The notes under the pieces were generated by a model, which was not told where the DNA came from, did no database searches, and was given only the letters and a program-made list of their open reading frames with translations. A stretch of 64,000 nucleotides of DNA from an uncultured Chloroflexia bacterium (GTDB taxonomy: Bacteria > Chloroflexota > Limnocylindria > Limnocylindrales > CSP1-4): NCBI GenBank assembly GCA_963819655.1, contig CAWFXA010000002.1, positions 1,312,001 to 1,376,000 on the forward strand. Reading direction: 5' to 3'. A program made the position numbers and the translations under genes. Shown here in pieces: positions 28,625-37,732 of the stretch (position 1 is the first letter of the stretch; each line of letters begins with the position of its first letter).

Positions 28625-29179
28625 ATGGATCGGGATCTCGTGGAGCGAGCGATGGCGGGCGACCATGACGCGTTCAGTGAGCTGGCGCGCGTCTCGGCCG
28701 GCCGGCTCTACGCCGTCGCCCGCCTGATCCTCCGCGATGAGGGTCAGGCTGAGGATGCGACACAGGAGGCGCTCGTCGCCGCTTGGCGCCACATCCGGGC
28801 CCTGCGCGACCCCGATCGGTTCGACGCCTGGCTTCACCAGGTGCTGGTGCGGACGTGCTATCGCGAAGCACGTCGGCAGCGGCCGCTGCGAAGCCTCGAC
28901 GTCTCCGTCGGGCTGCTCGAACTCTCTGAACCGGATCGATCACTCGATCTCGCCGATCGTGACCAGCTCGAGCGGGGTTTTGCCCGGCTCGATGTCGATC
29001 AGCGATCGATCCTGGTCCTGCATTACTACCTCGGACTTCGCCTGGACGAGGTGGCCCAGGTCCTGGGCCACCCACCCGGCACGGTCCGATCGCGACTTCA
29101 CCGGGCGACGCAGGCGATGCGCGCTGCGCTCGAGGCGGACGCCCGTCCCGGAACACTCCCCGGAGGGAGGCTGGCATGA
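28625..29179 (+). CDS. ECF sigma factor
   Basis: AEDATQEA, AW....LRDPDRFDAWL, GTVRSRLHRA. Confidence 0.92.
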   Translation: MDRDLVERAMAGDHDAFSELARVSAGRLYAVARLILRDEGQAEDATQEALVAAWRHIRALRDPDRFDAWLHQVLVRTCYREARRQRPLRSLDVSVGLLELSEPDRSLDLADRDQLERGFARLDVDQRSILVLHYYLGLRLDEVAQVLGHPPGTVRSRLHRATQAMRAALEADARPGTLPGGRLA

Positions 29180-30519
29180 CGACGAACGATCCCCGTTCGA
29201 CCGACGTCGGCGCCCTCCTCACCGCCTGGTTCGAGGCGGACGCCCAGACGCGCGAGCCCGATGGGCTCGTCGACGCCGCGCTTGCGCGGACTGATCGGGT
29301 CCGTCCTCTCCCGGCCTGGCGGCTCCCCGAAAGGTGGATCCCCGTGCAACTCACGATGCGGCGATCGACGCTCACAAACGCCGTCCCCATCCTCGTGGTT
29401 CTCGCACTTCTCATCGCCCTTGCGGTCGGGCTCCTGCTGATCGGCGTCGGTCGGCAATCTCCCTCGCTGCCGCTCCCGGACGGCCTTGCGGCCAACGGGC
29501 GGCTGGTCTATGTCGCGGGCGGAAACCTCGTCAGCGCCAACGACAGTGGGATCGACGCCCGACCGCTGATCGACAGCGACCGCGTCGTTGGTGAACCGAT
29601 CTGGTCCCACGACGGCACCAGGTTCGCCTACAAGGCCTACACCGACCCGGCGTCAAATCGGCAGGCGAGCGTCATCGTTGCGGATGCCGACGGCACCAAC
29701 CAAGTCACGATCGCGACCGACGTCTGGGATGCATCACCCCCGTCGTGGTCGCGGGACGATCGGAATGTCCTGCTTGGCTACAGCACCACTGGCGCCGATC
29801 TGTCGGAGCGGCTGTACGTGGCGCCGTCCGATGGCTCCACGCCGCCGGCCCGGCTCGCAAGGGATCCGGGCTTCGCGGTGGGCGCGAGCTATTCGCCGGA
29901 CGGCACGCTGATCGCCTGGGAAACCGGCACCGTGGAGGGCGCCCAGGCGCTGTGGCTCGCCAAGCCGGATGGCTCTGATGCGCGCCGATTGACCACTGGC
30001 CGCTATTACGACATCGGCGGAATCGAGCGCGGAAGCCCCGGCTTCGCGTGGAAGCCGGATGGGACCGCCATCCTCTTCGCCGCCGGCGATGAACAGGCCC
30101 ACGACCTCTATGTCATCGGCATCGCAATCGGGTCGCAGGACACTCCCGTCGCGGAGTCGCCGCTGAACGAATACGGCGCGACATATTCGCCCGACGGTCG
30201 ATCGATCTCGTATCTCGCTGCTCCGCGCTACCAACTTGCAACGCTCACGATCGCCAACGCCGATGGGTCCGACGCCCACCCGGCGGTTGCCGGCTCCTCG
30301 CAGAAGTTCGTGTTGTTCACGCCGCGCTGGTCACCGGACGCCAAGTTCGTCATCGCAACGACCGGTGCTCCGAACACGGATTTCCAGAACGAGATCTGGA
30401 TCATCGACGCCGCATCCCAGACCATCCACGCCAAGATCGCCATCCCGGCGTTCGCTGGGTCCGTCGACGGCGAACCGGGCAGGACCGATGTCGTCGGGCT
30501 CCAACGGGTCGCCCCTTGA
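29176..30519 (+). CDS. Putative anti-sigma factor: short cytoplasmic domain, TM, TolB/PD40 beta-propeller
   Basis: ATGA-coupled to the sigma gene; repeated WS/YSPDG motifs. Confidence 0.75.
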   Translation: MTTNDPRSTDVGALLTAWFEADAQTREPDGLVDAALARTDRVRPLPAWRLPERWIPVQLTMRRSTLTNAVPILVVLALLIALAVGLLLIGVGRQSPSLPLPDGLAANGRLVYVAGGNLVSANDSGIDARPLIDSDRVVGEPIWSHDGTRFAYKAYTDPASNRQASVIVADADGTNQVTIATDVWDASPPSWSRDDRNVLLGYSTTGADLSERLYVAPSDGSTPPARLARDPGFAVGASYSPDGTLIAWETGTVEGAQALWLAKPDGSDARRLTTGRYYDIGGIERGSPGFAWKPDGTAILFAAGDEQAHDLYVIGIAIGSQDTPVAESPLNEYGATYSPDGRSISYLAAPRYQLATLTIANADGSDAHPAVAGSSQKFVLFTPRWSPDAKFVIATTGAPNTDFQNEIWIIDAASQTIHAKIAIPAFAGSVDGEPGRTDVVGLQRVAP

Positions 30520-30535
30520 CCTCAAGGGTGGCGAG

Positions 30536-30566
30536 CGAGACCGGCGGCTAACGGCCGCCGGTCTCG
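30536..30566 (+). terminator. Hairpin downstream of the sigma/anti-sigma pair
   Basis: CGAGACCGGCGGC-TAACG-GCCGCCGGTCTCG, 13-bp perfect stem. Confidence 0.65.
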
Positions 30567-30908
30567 TGATTCGGGTTCCGACGCCCTCGCACGACCGCGG
30601 AGGTGGTACTCCCAGTTCCGGAATCGGAACGAACGAGCGTGGTCAGCCCCAAGATTCGACAGAACGTGTCGAATTTGTCGATGAGCCCTGAACGCTCATG
30701 CGGGATCCGGAACTGACAGTTCCACAGGGCTCGACACCCCCCGGGCCCGGTGCGTCCGCGCACCGGATCCCTCCGATATCCGCACACCTAAACCGGATTA
30801 GGCAACGAATATCGTGACAAGAGTCGTAGAATCAGTGGTGCATCCGTCACGACGCCGGGTGTGCTTCCGACGTCGCGCTCCGAGTGCTTATGCCAAGGAG
30901 CGTGCCGT

Positions 30909-33021
30909 ATGCCTGCGATCGAGCAGGTTTTTCCCGTTGCCGTGGCCATCGTGGCCGGCATCCTGGTTGCCCTTGCGATCCTCCTCGTCACGTGGGCGAC
31001 CCGATCGGTCCGCTACATCCCGAACAACCGCGTCGGGGTGGTCGAGAAGCTCTGGAGCCGGCGCGGTTCCGTCCCGCGACGGCCTGATCGCGCTCAACGG
31101 AGAGGCGGGGTTCCAGCCGGACGTGCTCCGTGGTGGACTCCACTTCTTCCGTCCGTTCCAGTACCGCATCCACAGCGTGCCGCTGGTCACGATCCCGCAG
31201 GGTCAGATCGGCTACGTCTTCGCGCGCGACGGCGAACCGCTGCCACCCACCCAGACGCTCGCCCGATCACCGATCGACGCCGACTACGGCGACGTCACCG
31301 CGTTCCTCGCGGGTCGCGGCCAGCGCGGACCGCAGCGCCGGATCCTGCGCGAGGGCACCTACGCGATCAACCTCGTGCAGTTCGTCGTGATCACCGCGGA
31401 CCGCGTCTACGCGCTCGCGCTCGAGAAGTCGGACGTCGCCCTGCTCGATGCGATGGCGAACCTCATCGCCGGACGCGACGGGTTCGAACCCGTCGTCCTG
31501 ACGGGTCACGATGACGTGCTCGGCGTGGTGACCATCCACGACGGCCCGTCGCTGGATCCCGGAGAGATCATCGCGCCGACTGTCGGGCACGACCCGGCGG
31601 ACACAGCGACGTACCACAACGACTTCCAGGACCCGGAGCGGTTCCTGGTCGCCGGCGGCCGGCGCGGCCGGCAGCTCCAGGTGCTCGTCGAGGGCACCTA
31701 CTACCTCAACCGGTTGTTCGCGACCGTCGAGTACGTCCCGAAGGCCGTCGTCGAGGTCGGCACCGTGGGCGTCGTCGTGTCGTACACCGGCGAGACCGGC
31801 ACCGACCTCTCGGGCGACACCTACGGCCACGGCGAGCTCGTCGAGCGCGGCGAGCGTGGCGTGTGGGCGGCCCCGCTGCTGCCCGGCAAGTACGCGTTCA
31901 ACACGTATGCCGGCAAGATCGTCATGGTCCCCACGACCAACTTCATCCTGAAGTGGAACAAATCGGAGACCGGTTCGCATCGGTTCGACGAGAACCTGTC
32001 CGAGGTCGACCTGATCACGAAGGACGCCTTCGAGCCGAGCTTGCCGCTGTCGGTCGTCGTCCACATCGACTACCGCAAGGCGCCGCTCGTCGTGCAGCGC
32101 TTCGGCGACGTCAAGCGACTTGTCGAGCAGACGCTCGACCCGATGGTGTCGGCGTATTTCAAGAACATCGCCCAGACGCGGACGCTCATCGAGCTGATCC
32201 ACGACCGGGCGGCCATCCAGGACCACTCGGGTCTGGAGATGCGCGAGAAGTTCGACCGCTACAACCTCGAGCTCCAAGAGGTCTTGATCGGGACGCCGAC
32301 GGAAGGTCGTGGCGGGACGGATCTCGAAACGATCCTCACCCAGCTGCGGTCACGCCAGGTCGCCCTCGAACAGGTCGAGACGTACAGCCGGCAACAGGCC
32401 GCGGCCGTCCAGGAGCGCGAGCTCCGCGAGGCGGAGGCGCGCGCTCGGCAGCAAACGACGATCACCGAGTCTGAGCTGTCGATCGCGATCCAGTCGAACC
32501 AGGGCCGCGCCGACCTGGCGCGTGCACAGCAACAGGCCGCGCAGATCACCGCCCTGGCGACCGCCCAGGCCGAGCAGACCCGGTTGCTCGGCGCGGGCGA
32601 AGCCGACCGGATCAGCACCCTGGCCGGCGCCGAGGCCGAACGTGCCGCGCGCGTCGGCATCGCCCAGGCCATGGCGACCGAAGAGCAGGTTCGCGCTTAT
32701 GGCGGGCCCCGCTACCAGCTGACCCAGCAGGTCATGGCGCGGTTCGCCGAAGCGATCGAGCACGCCGGGGTCGACATCGTGCCACGGGTCGTCATCGGCT
32801 CGCGGGACGGGCACGACGGCAGCGCTGGACCAAGCGTGACCGGATCGGCGCCGATGGGTGGAAGCGTGTTCGAAGCCTTGCTGGCGATCCTGCTCTCGGA
32901 GCGGGCAGGCGTGGACGTCGGCGATGCGGTCGCCGAGCGCAGCCCGGCAGCGGTCGCCGTCCGCGAGGAGCTGACACGCCGACTCGCGGCACGGTCGTCC
33001 GACGAGAACGCGGCTGCTTGA
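30909..33021 (+). CDS. SPFH/flotillin-like membrane protein; +1 frameshift near 31073
   Basis: AAGGAG RBS; N-terminal TM frame continues into the long frame (GLIALNGEAGFQ..LITKDAFEPSLPLSVVVHID) if one C is removed. Confidence 0.8.
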
Positions 33022-33078
33022 CGGGTGGAATCACGAGGCCGGCGGCTTGCGCCGCCGGCCTCGTTCCCCCAGCGAGAG

Positions 33079-33618
33079 CTACTTGATCAGGTCGCCGCTC
33101 GGCGCGATGACGTACCAGACGTCGTTGAGGCCCTGGCCCTTCGTCTCGCCGGCCGCGGCGTCATTGGCGAAGTAGTACAGGGTCCACGTCCCGTACTTGA
33201 GCTGCTTGCCGCCGTCGGTCCGGTCGACTGTCGAGAGCTTGCTCGCGTCGAGCCCGGTCCCGACCGTCACGGCCGAGGCGTCCTCGGCGAGCACCGGCGG
33301 CCACGCGGTCGCGCAGTCGTCATAGCACGTCGGGGTGCCTGGCTCGTCCGGGGTGAACCCATAGAGGGTCTTGCCGGCACCGTCGGTGATGATCTGGCCG
33401 AGCGCGCTGTCGGCCACCTTGAGTTCGACCGCGGCGGCGGCCGGCGCCGACGAGGCCGGTGCCTCGGAAGCGGGTGCCTCGGAAGATGGAGCGGCGGACG
33501 GGGCCGCGACCGATGGGGCGGCCGTCGCGCCACCGCCACTGGAGCAGGCTGCGACGATCGCGGCGGTGGCGAGCAGCGCCGGGAGCAGCAGGGAACGTCG
33601 AGGATCCAAAGTCATCAT
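33079..33618 (-). CDS. Lipoprotein with Yx(FWY)xxD repeats (COG4315-like)
   Basis: Lipobox VAAC; G.TLY.F..D, C.D.CA..WPP, LYYF..D. Confidence 0.88.
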   Translation of the reverse strand: MMTLDPRRSLLLPALLATAAIVAACSSGGGATAAPSVAAPSAAPSSEAPASEAPASSAPAAAAVELKVADSALGQIITDGAGKTLYGFTPDEPGTPTCYDDCATAWPPVLAEDASAVTVGTGLDASKLSTVDRTDGGKQLKYGTWTLYYFANDAAAGETKGQGLNDVWYVIAPSGDLIK

Positions 33619-33710
33619 CGTCTCCGTTGTGCAGGCTGGGGTACAGGTTCGGATACGACGGGCTTTTGCCGACTGGTTTCCGATGACGCTCGCCGCGCTA
33701 CCCTCTTCGC

Positions 33711-34619
33711 GTGGCTGCCACCCGAACGACGCGCCCACGGGTCGCGTCCCCGGCCCCGACACCGAACGGTCTCCTCTTCTTCGTCCATGGCGCGAACGAG
33801 ACGTCCGAGGGACTCACCAGGAACGTGGCCCGCATCGAGGACCAGGTCCGGCGCCGCGGCTGGGATGTCGGCGTGGTGGCGCCGGAATGGCGCCGGCGCT
33901 CCGGTCTCCGGCTCGGGAACTGGCGCAAGGCCCTGTACCGCCAGGCGCGTCCGAAACCGATCTCACTGGCGAGCCTGCCGACCGGTGTCGGCAAGGCGTC
34001 CGTCCTGCGCCTCGTCACGAACTACTTCGAGGGCCGTCGCGAGTCGATGCTCGAGACGATGGGCGCCCAGCTTCTCGCCGACGTGATCGGCTACCACCAG
34101 CACCGGGACTCGATCCAGGAGGTGCTGCGCGATGAGCTGGCAAAGGCGAGTCGAGCCGCGCGCGGTCGCCCGGTGCTGCCGGTCGGGTTGAGCCTCGGGG
34201 GGCTCGCGCTCGTCGATCTCGTGGCGTCCTGGCCCGATGCGCCGATCGAGGCGGCTGTGACGGTCGGGTCGCAGGCGCCGCTGCTCTACACGTTCGATGC
34301 GATCCCGTCGATGCCGTACGACGAGGCCGACCCGCCGCATCTGCCCGTCCCGTGGCTGAACATCTACGACAGCCGCGACTTCCTGTCATTCGTGGCCGAG
34401 CCTCTGTTCCGGAGGAGCGACGGGCTGGCAAGCGTGGTGGACCTGCGCGTGCACTCGGGGCGCGACTTCCCCAGGTCGCATAGCGCGTACTGGGAGCTCG
34501 AGCCCGTGTGGGATGCGATCGCGACGGCGTTCGCCTGGAAGCGGACCGAGCGGCTGACGGTCCGCGAGGCGCGCGAGCTCGGGTTCGAGGCGCGGAAGGC
34601 TCCGGCGCCGCGCTCGTAG
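33711..34619 (+). CDS. Alpha/beta-hydrolase-fold protein
   Basis: FVHG, GLSLGG, TVGSQ, D..D.L, HSAYW. Confidence 0.7.
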   Translation: MAATRTTRPRVASPAPTPNGLLFFVHGANETSEGLTRNVARIEDQVRRRGWDVGVVAPEWRRRSGLRLGNWRKALYRQARPKPISLASLPTGVGKASVLRLVTNYFEGRRESMLETMGAQLLADVIGYHQHRDSIQEVLRDELAKASRAARGRPVLPVGLSLGGLALVDLVASWPDAPIEAAVTVGSQAPLLYTFDAIPSMPYDEADPPHLPVPWLNIYDSRDFLSFVAEPLFRRSDGLASVVDLRVHSGRDFPRSHSAYWELEPVWDAIATAFAWKRTERLTVREARELGFEARKAPAPRS

Positions 34620-34699
34620 CGCCTGAGCCGGGCCGCGAGCGGGCGCGGCGGGCTCCGGCGCAGGCGCCCGCGTCGCTAGGCCCGGGCGCCGGTCACCGC

Positions 34700-35083
34700 T
34701 CGACTTCCGGCCACGGTGATCGCTCCAAGCGATCGTTTTGGAGCCGAACGCCCGTGCCGCCCACCCCAGCCGGTTCCGACTCGACATTGATTGCTCAGAG
34801 CCATCGTTTCGGGGCCGAAAGCCGGTCGAGCGCCCCGCCGCAACGCCTCGCCGGCCAGTTCGAACCGATTTCGATCGCTGCGAGCCATCGTTTGCACAGG
34901 AAGGCCGCCCCGTCGGCGATTTCGAGCCGGATTCGATCGCTCCGAGGGATCGCCAGGGCGTTGGAGGGCCGCCGAGCCCTCAGTCGACCCGCAATCGATG
35001 GCTCTAAGCCATCGCAAGCTCGCCCAGGGGCGCAGCGGCGGCGCGCCTGCCGGTTTCGAGCCGGATCCGATCGCTCACATCGC
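34700..35083. repeat. Array of six degenerate 19-bp palindromes (family B)
   Basis: CGATSGCT-N3-AGCSATCG cores starting near 34718, 34789, 34873, 34935, 34997 and 35069 (last partial). Confidence 0.75.
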
Positions 35084-35111
35084 TGGGACATCCACGCGCG
35101 ATTCGACAGGC

Positions 35112-35127
35112 TAGAACATCCGTTCTA
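35112..35127 (+). promoter_or_regulatory. LexA (SOS) box overlapping a -10 element
   Basis: TAGAAC-ATCC-GTTCTA matches the GAAC-N4-GTTC Gram-positive/Chloroflexota SOS box; TATTCT follows. Confidence 0.75.
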
Positions 35128-35140
35128 TTCTGACACGACC

Positions 35141-36058
35141 ATGCGGCCGACATACCGGGACGAGCCTTGCCGCACCGCCCTGAACCGCGTCCGGAACATG
35201 GGCTTCAAGTGGTCGCTCAACCCGTACATGGGCTGCGCCCACAAGTGCACGTTCTGCTTCGTCCGGGCGTTCGAGAAGGTCGCCGACCGTCCGTTCGACG
35301 CGCGCTACGGCACCTCGATCCGAGTCAAGACCAACGTCGTCGAGGTCCTCCGGCGTGAATTGGCGCGCAAGTCGTGGAAGCGTGAGCAGGTCGTCGTCGG
35401 CACCGCGACGGACCCGTACCAGCCCGCCGAGGGCCGCTTTCGCCTGACCCGCGGCGCGGTCGAGGCATTGGCCGAACGTGCCACACCGATCGGCATCATC
35501 ACGCGTGGGCCACTCATCGTCCGCGACGTCGACGTGCTGGTCGAGGCCTCGCGACGCGCCAAAGTCAGCGTGACGTTCTCGATCCCGACCCTGGATCCCG
35601 AGATCTGGAGGCGGACCGAGCCAGGCACCGCCCCGCCGCGCCAGCGGCTGCGCGCGATCCGAACCCTCATCGACGCCGGACTGGATGCGAGCGTCGGGAT
35701 GGCCCCGATCCTGCCGGGCTTATCGGACGATCCGGCCAAGATGGCGGACGTGATTCGGGCGGCGCGCGACGCCGGTGCCACGGCGGTCTGGGCGAACGTC
35801 CTGTACTTGCGACCAGGGACCCGCGAGCACTTCCTGGAGAACCTGGCGCGGGATTGGCCGGCACTCGTGCCGCTGTACCAGCGCCTGTACGACGGCCGGG
35901 CCTATGTGGAGAAGTCGGTGCTGGGCATCGTCAAGGGCCAGGTCCGCGACCTCGCGTCGAGCCACGGCATCGCGGATCGGCGGGCCCGACCCGTCGTCCC
36001 TCGGCCGGAGCCGCTCGCCGAACAACTGCCGTTGTTCGCGTTCGCTTCGGGCGCCTAG
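35141..36058 (+). CDS. Radical SAM protein (Rv2578c/SplB-like DNA repair family)
   Basis: SLNPYMGCAHKCTFCF, GTATDPYQPAE, EPGT.PP..R. Confidence 0.9.
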   Translation: MRPTYRDEPCRTALNRVRNMGFKWSLNPYMGCAHKCTFCFVRAFEKVADRPFDARYGTSIRVKTNVVEVLRRELARKSWKREQVVVGTATDPYQPAEGRFRLTRGAVEALAERATPIGIITRGPLIVRDVDVLVEASRRAKVSVTFSIPTLDPEIWRRTEPGTAPPRQRLRAIRTLIDAGLDASVGMAPILPGLSDDPAKMADVIRAARDAGATAVWANVLYLRPGTREHFLENLARDWPALVPLYQRLYDGRAYVEKSVLGIVKGQVRDLASSHGIADRRARPVVPRPEPLAEQLPLFAFASGA

Positions 36059-36065
36059 GTGCGGC

Positions 36066-36458
36066 TCAGCCTCGCTGCGGCTCCCCGGGCCAGCGCGGCG
36101 TTCGAGGTTCGGAGCGAGGGAGGGCATCCCAGTCGGCACGGACCGGCGAGAAGATGTCGACCACCACGGCGCCCTCCGGCCCCGCCACCGCGTCGTGCGA
36201 CAGGTTGGACGGGATCCGCCACGTCCCACCCGGGCCGAGCGCGCGACGCTCGCCGTCGATCGTGAATGTGATCGCGCCCTCGATGCACACGCCGAGCTGC
36301 TCGTGCTCGTGGCGATGCTCAGGCACGATCGCGCCAGGACCAAGCTCCACCAGGGCGAGGCTCGCGTTGTTCCCGACGATGACCCGCGCCTGGACCGTGT
36401 CGCCCCAGACGTCGAGCGCCGGCACGTCACCGATGTCCCGCAGATTCGAGTCGACCAT
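36066..36458 (-). CDS. Cupin domain protein
   Basis: PEHRHEHEQ..IP.N..H..DIFSPVR.D. Confidence 0.88.
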   Translation of the reverse strand: MVDSNLRDIGDVPALDVWGDTVQARVIVGNNASLALVELGPGAIVPEHRHEHEQLGVCIEGAITFTIDGERRALGPGGTWRIPSNLSHDAVAGPEGAVVVDIFSPVRADWDALPRSEPRTPRWPGEPQRG

Positions 36459-36467
36459 GATGTCGAC

Positions 36468-36486
36468 AGCCTAGCGCCGCTAGGCT
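36468..36486. promoter_or_regulatory. Back-to-back -10 elements (bidirectional leaderless promoter)
   Basis: AGCCTAGCG-C-CGCTAGGCT; TAGGCT lies 9 and 7 nt from the two divergent starts. Confidence 0.6.
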
Positions 36487-36493
36487 TCGGCCC

Positions 36494-37732
36494 GTGGAGA
36501 TCTCCCGCCAGACGGCCCGCCGGTTCATCCTCGGGCGGCAGGGCCTTTGGCCGGGCCGGCGCTGGCGCGCCCTGACCGGCACCGAGCGCGCGATGCGCGC
36601 CATGGAGCACCTCCAGCTCGACCCGCTGGCGATCATGGCGCGCGCCCAGGATCTGATGCTCCATAGCCGGGTCATCGACTATCGACCCGACGACTGGGCG
36701 ACGCTGACGTACGGCCGCCGCCGCTTCTTCGACTGGGGCGGCTGGCTGGCGGTCCGCCCGATGGAGGAGATGCCGTACTGGCGACGGCTCATGCGCCGGG
36801 AGCGGGAGAACGGCCACTGGCGCGAGGTCGAGCACGAGCACCACGCCGCGATCGTCGAGATGCGCGCGACTCTCCGCGAGAGGGGCACGGTCACCAATCG
36901 CGACTTCGCGATGCACACGCGCCAACGGACCGACAACTATCGAGGTCGCAAGGACAGTGCCGTCGCGCTCTACTACCTGTGGCGCGTCGGCGACGCGATG
37001 GTCCATCACCGCGAGCGGTTCGAGCGCGTCTACGCGCCGACCGAGGCGATCGTCCCGCCCGACCTGCTCCGCGAGGCGTCCGACGCGGAGACTGACGATT
37101 TCATGCGTCGCAAACACGTCGCGTTCGAAGGCCTGTCCGCGCTCACCGGGTCGTACGCGTCGTACCAGCGAGGCGATCGTCGAGAGGTCATCGGTTGGCG
37201 CGAGCGAGCCGTCGAAAAAGGCGACCTTCTCGAGGTGTTCGTGGAAGGCTGGCGCGGTCCTCGCTGGGCCCTCGCAGAGGACGCCGAGAACCTGGCGACC
37301 GTCGAGGCGGGTCGTATCCCGCGCGGTTGGCGGCCGCTGGACACCACGACGGCGGAGGAGGCGACCTTCCTCGCTCCGCTCGATCCGGTCAGCGCGCGCA
37401 AGCGCGCGAAGCAACTGTTCGACTTCGAGTACATCTGGGAGGTCTACACGCCCGCTCCGAAGCGGCAGTTCGGCTACTACGCGTTGCCTGTCCTGTGGGG
37501 CGATCGACTCGTCGCGCGGTTCGACGGGCGGTTCGAGCGCCAGACCTCGACCTTCGCGATCCTGGGTCTGTGGCTCGAGAACGAAGCGCTCGCCACCGAC
37601 GACGCGTTCGTCGAGGCATTCGCACGCGGTATGGAGCGGATGCAACGGTTCCTCGGCGCGGAGCGGCTCGCCACGGCCGGGGTCCCATACCGCGACATCC
37701 GTCGTCGGCTCGACGCTGTGCGACCCGGCTAG
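36494..37732 (+). CDS. AlkZ/YcaQ-like winged-helix DNA glycosylase (crosslink repair)
   Basis: LQLDP....ARAQ.L.L.SR, FLAPLDP, FDFEY.WEVYTP..KRQFGYY.LPVL.GD. Confidence 0.88.
   Translation: MEISRQTARRFILGRQGLWPGRRWRALTGTERAMRAMEHLQLDPLAIMARAQDLMLHSRVIDYRPDDWATLTYGRRRFFDWGGWLAVRPMEEMPYWRRLMRRERENGHWREVEHEHHAAIVEMRATLRERGTVTNRDFAMHTRQRTDNYRGRKDSAVALYYLWRVGDAMVHHRERFERVYAPTEAIVPPDLLREASDAETDDFMRRKHVAFEGLSALTGSYASYQRGDRREVIGWRERAVEKGDLLEVFVEGWRGPRWALAEDAENLATVEAGRIPRGWRPLDTTTAEEATFLAPLDPVSARKRAKQLFDFEYIWEVYTPAPKRQFGYYALPVLWGDRLVARFDGRFERQTSTFAILGLWLENEALATDDAFVEAFARGMERMQRFLGAERLATAGVPYRDIRRRLDAVRPG

Noticed and set aside
30613-30715. Integron attC site
   Set aside because: Lacks RYYYAAC/GTTRRRY ends, and there is no integrase or cassette array
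34700-35083. CRISPR array
   Set aside because: Repeats are too degenerate, the period varies from 62 to 84 nt, and there are no cas genes or AT-rich leader; kept only as an unexplained repeat array
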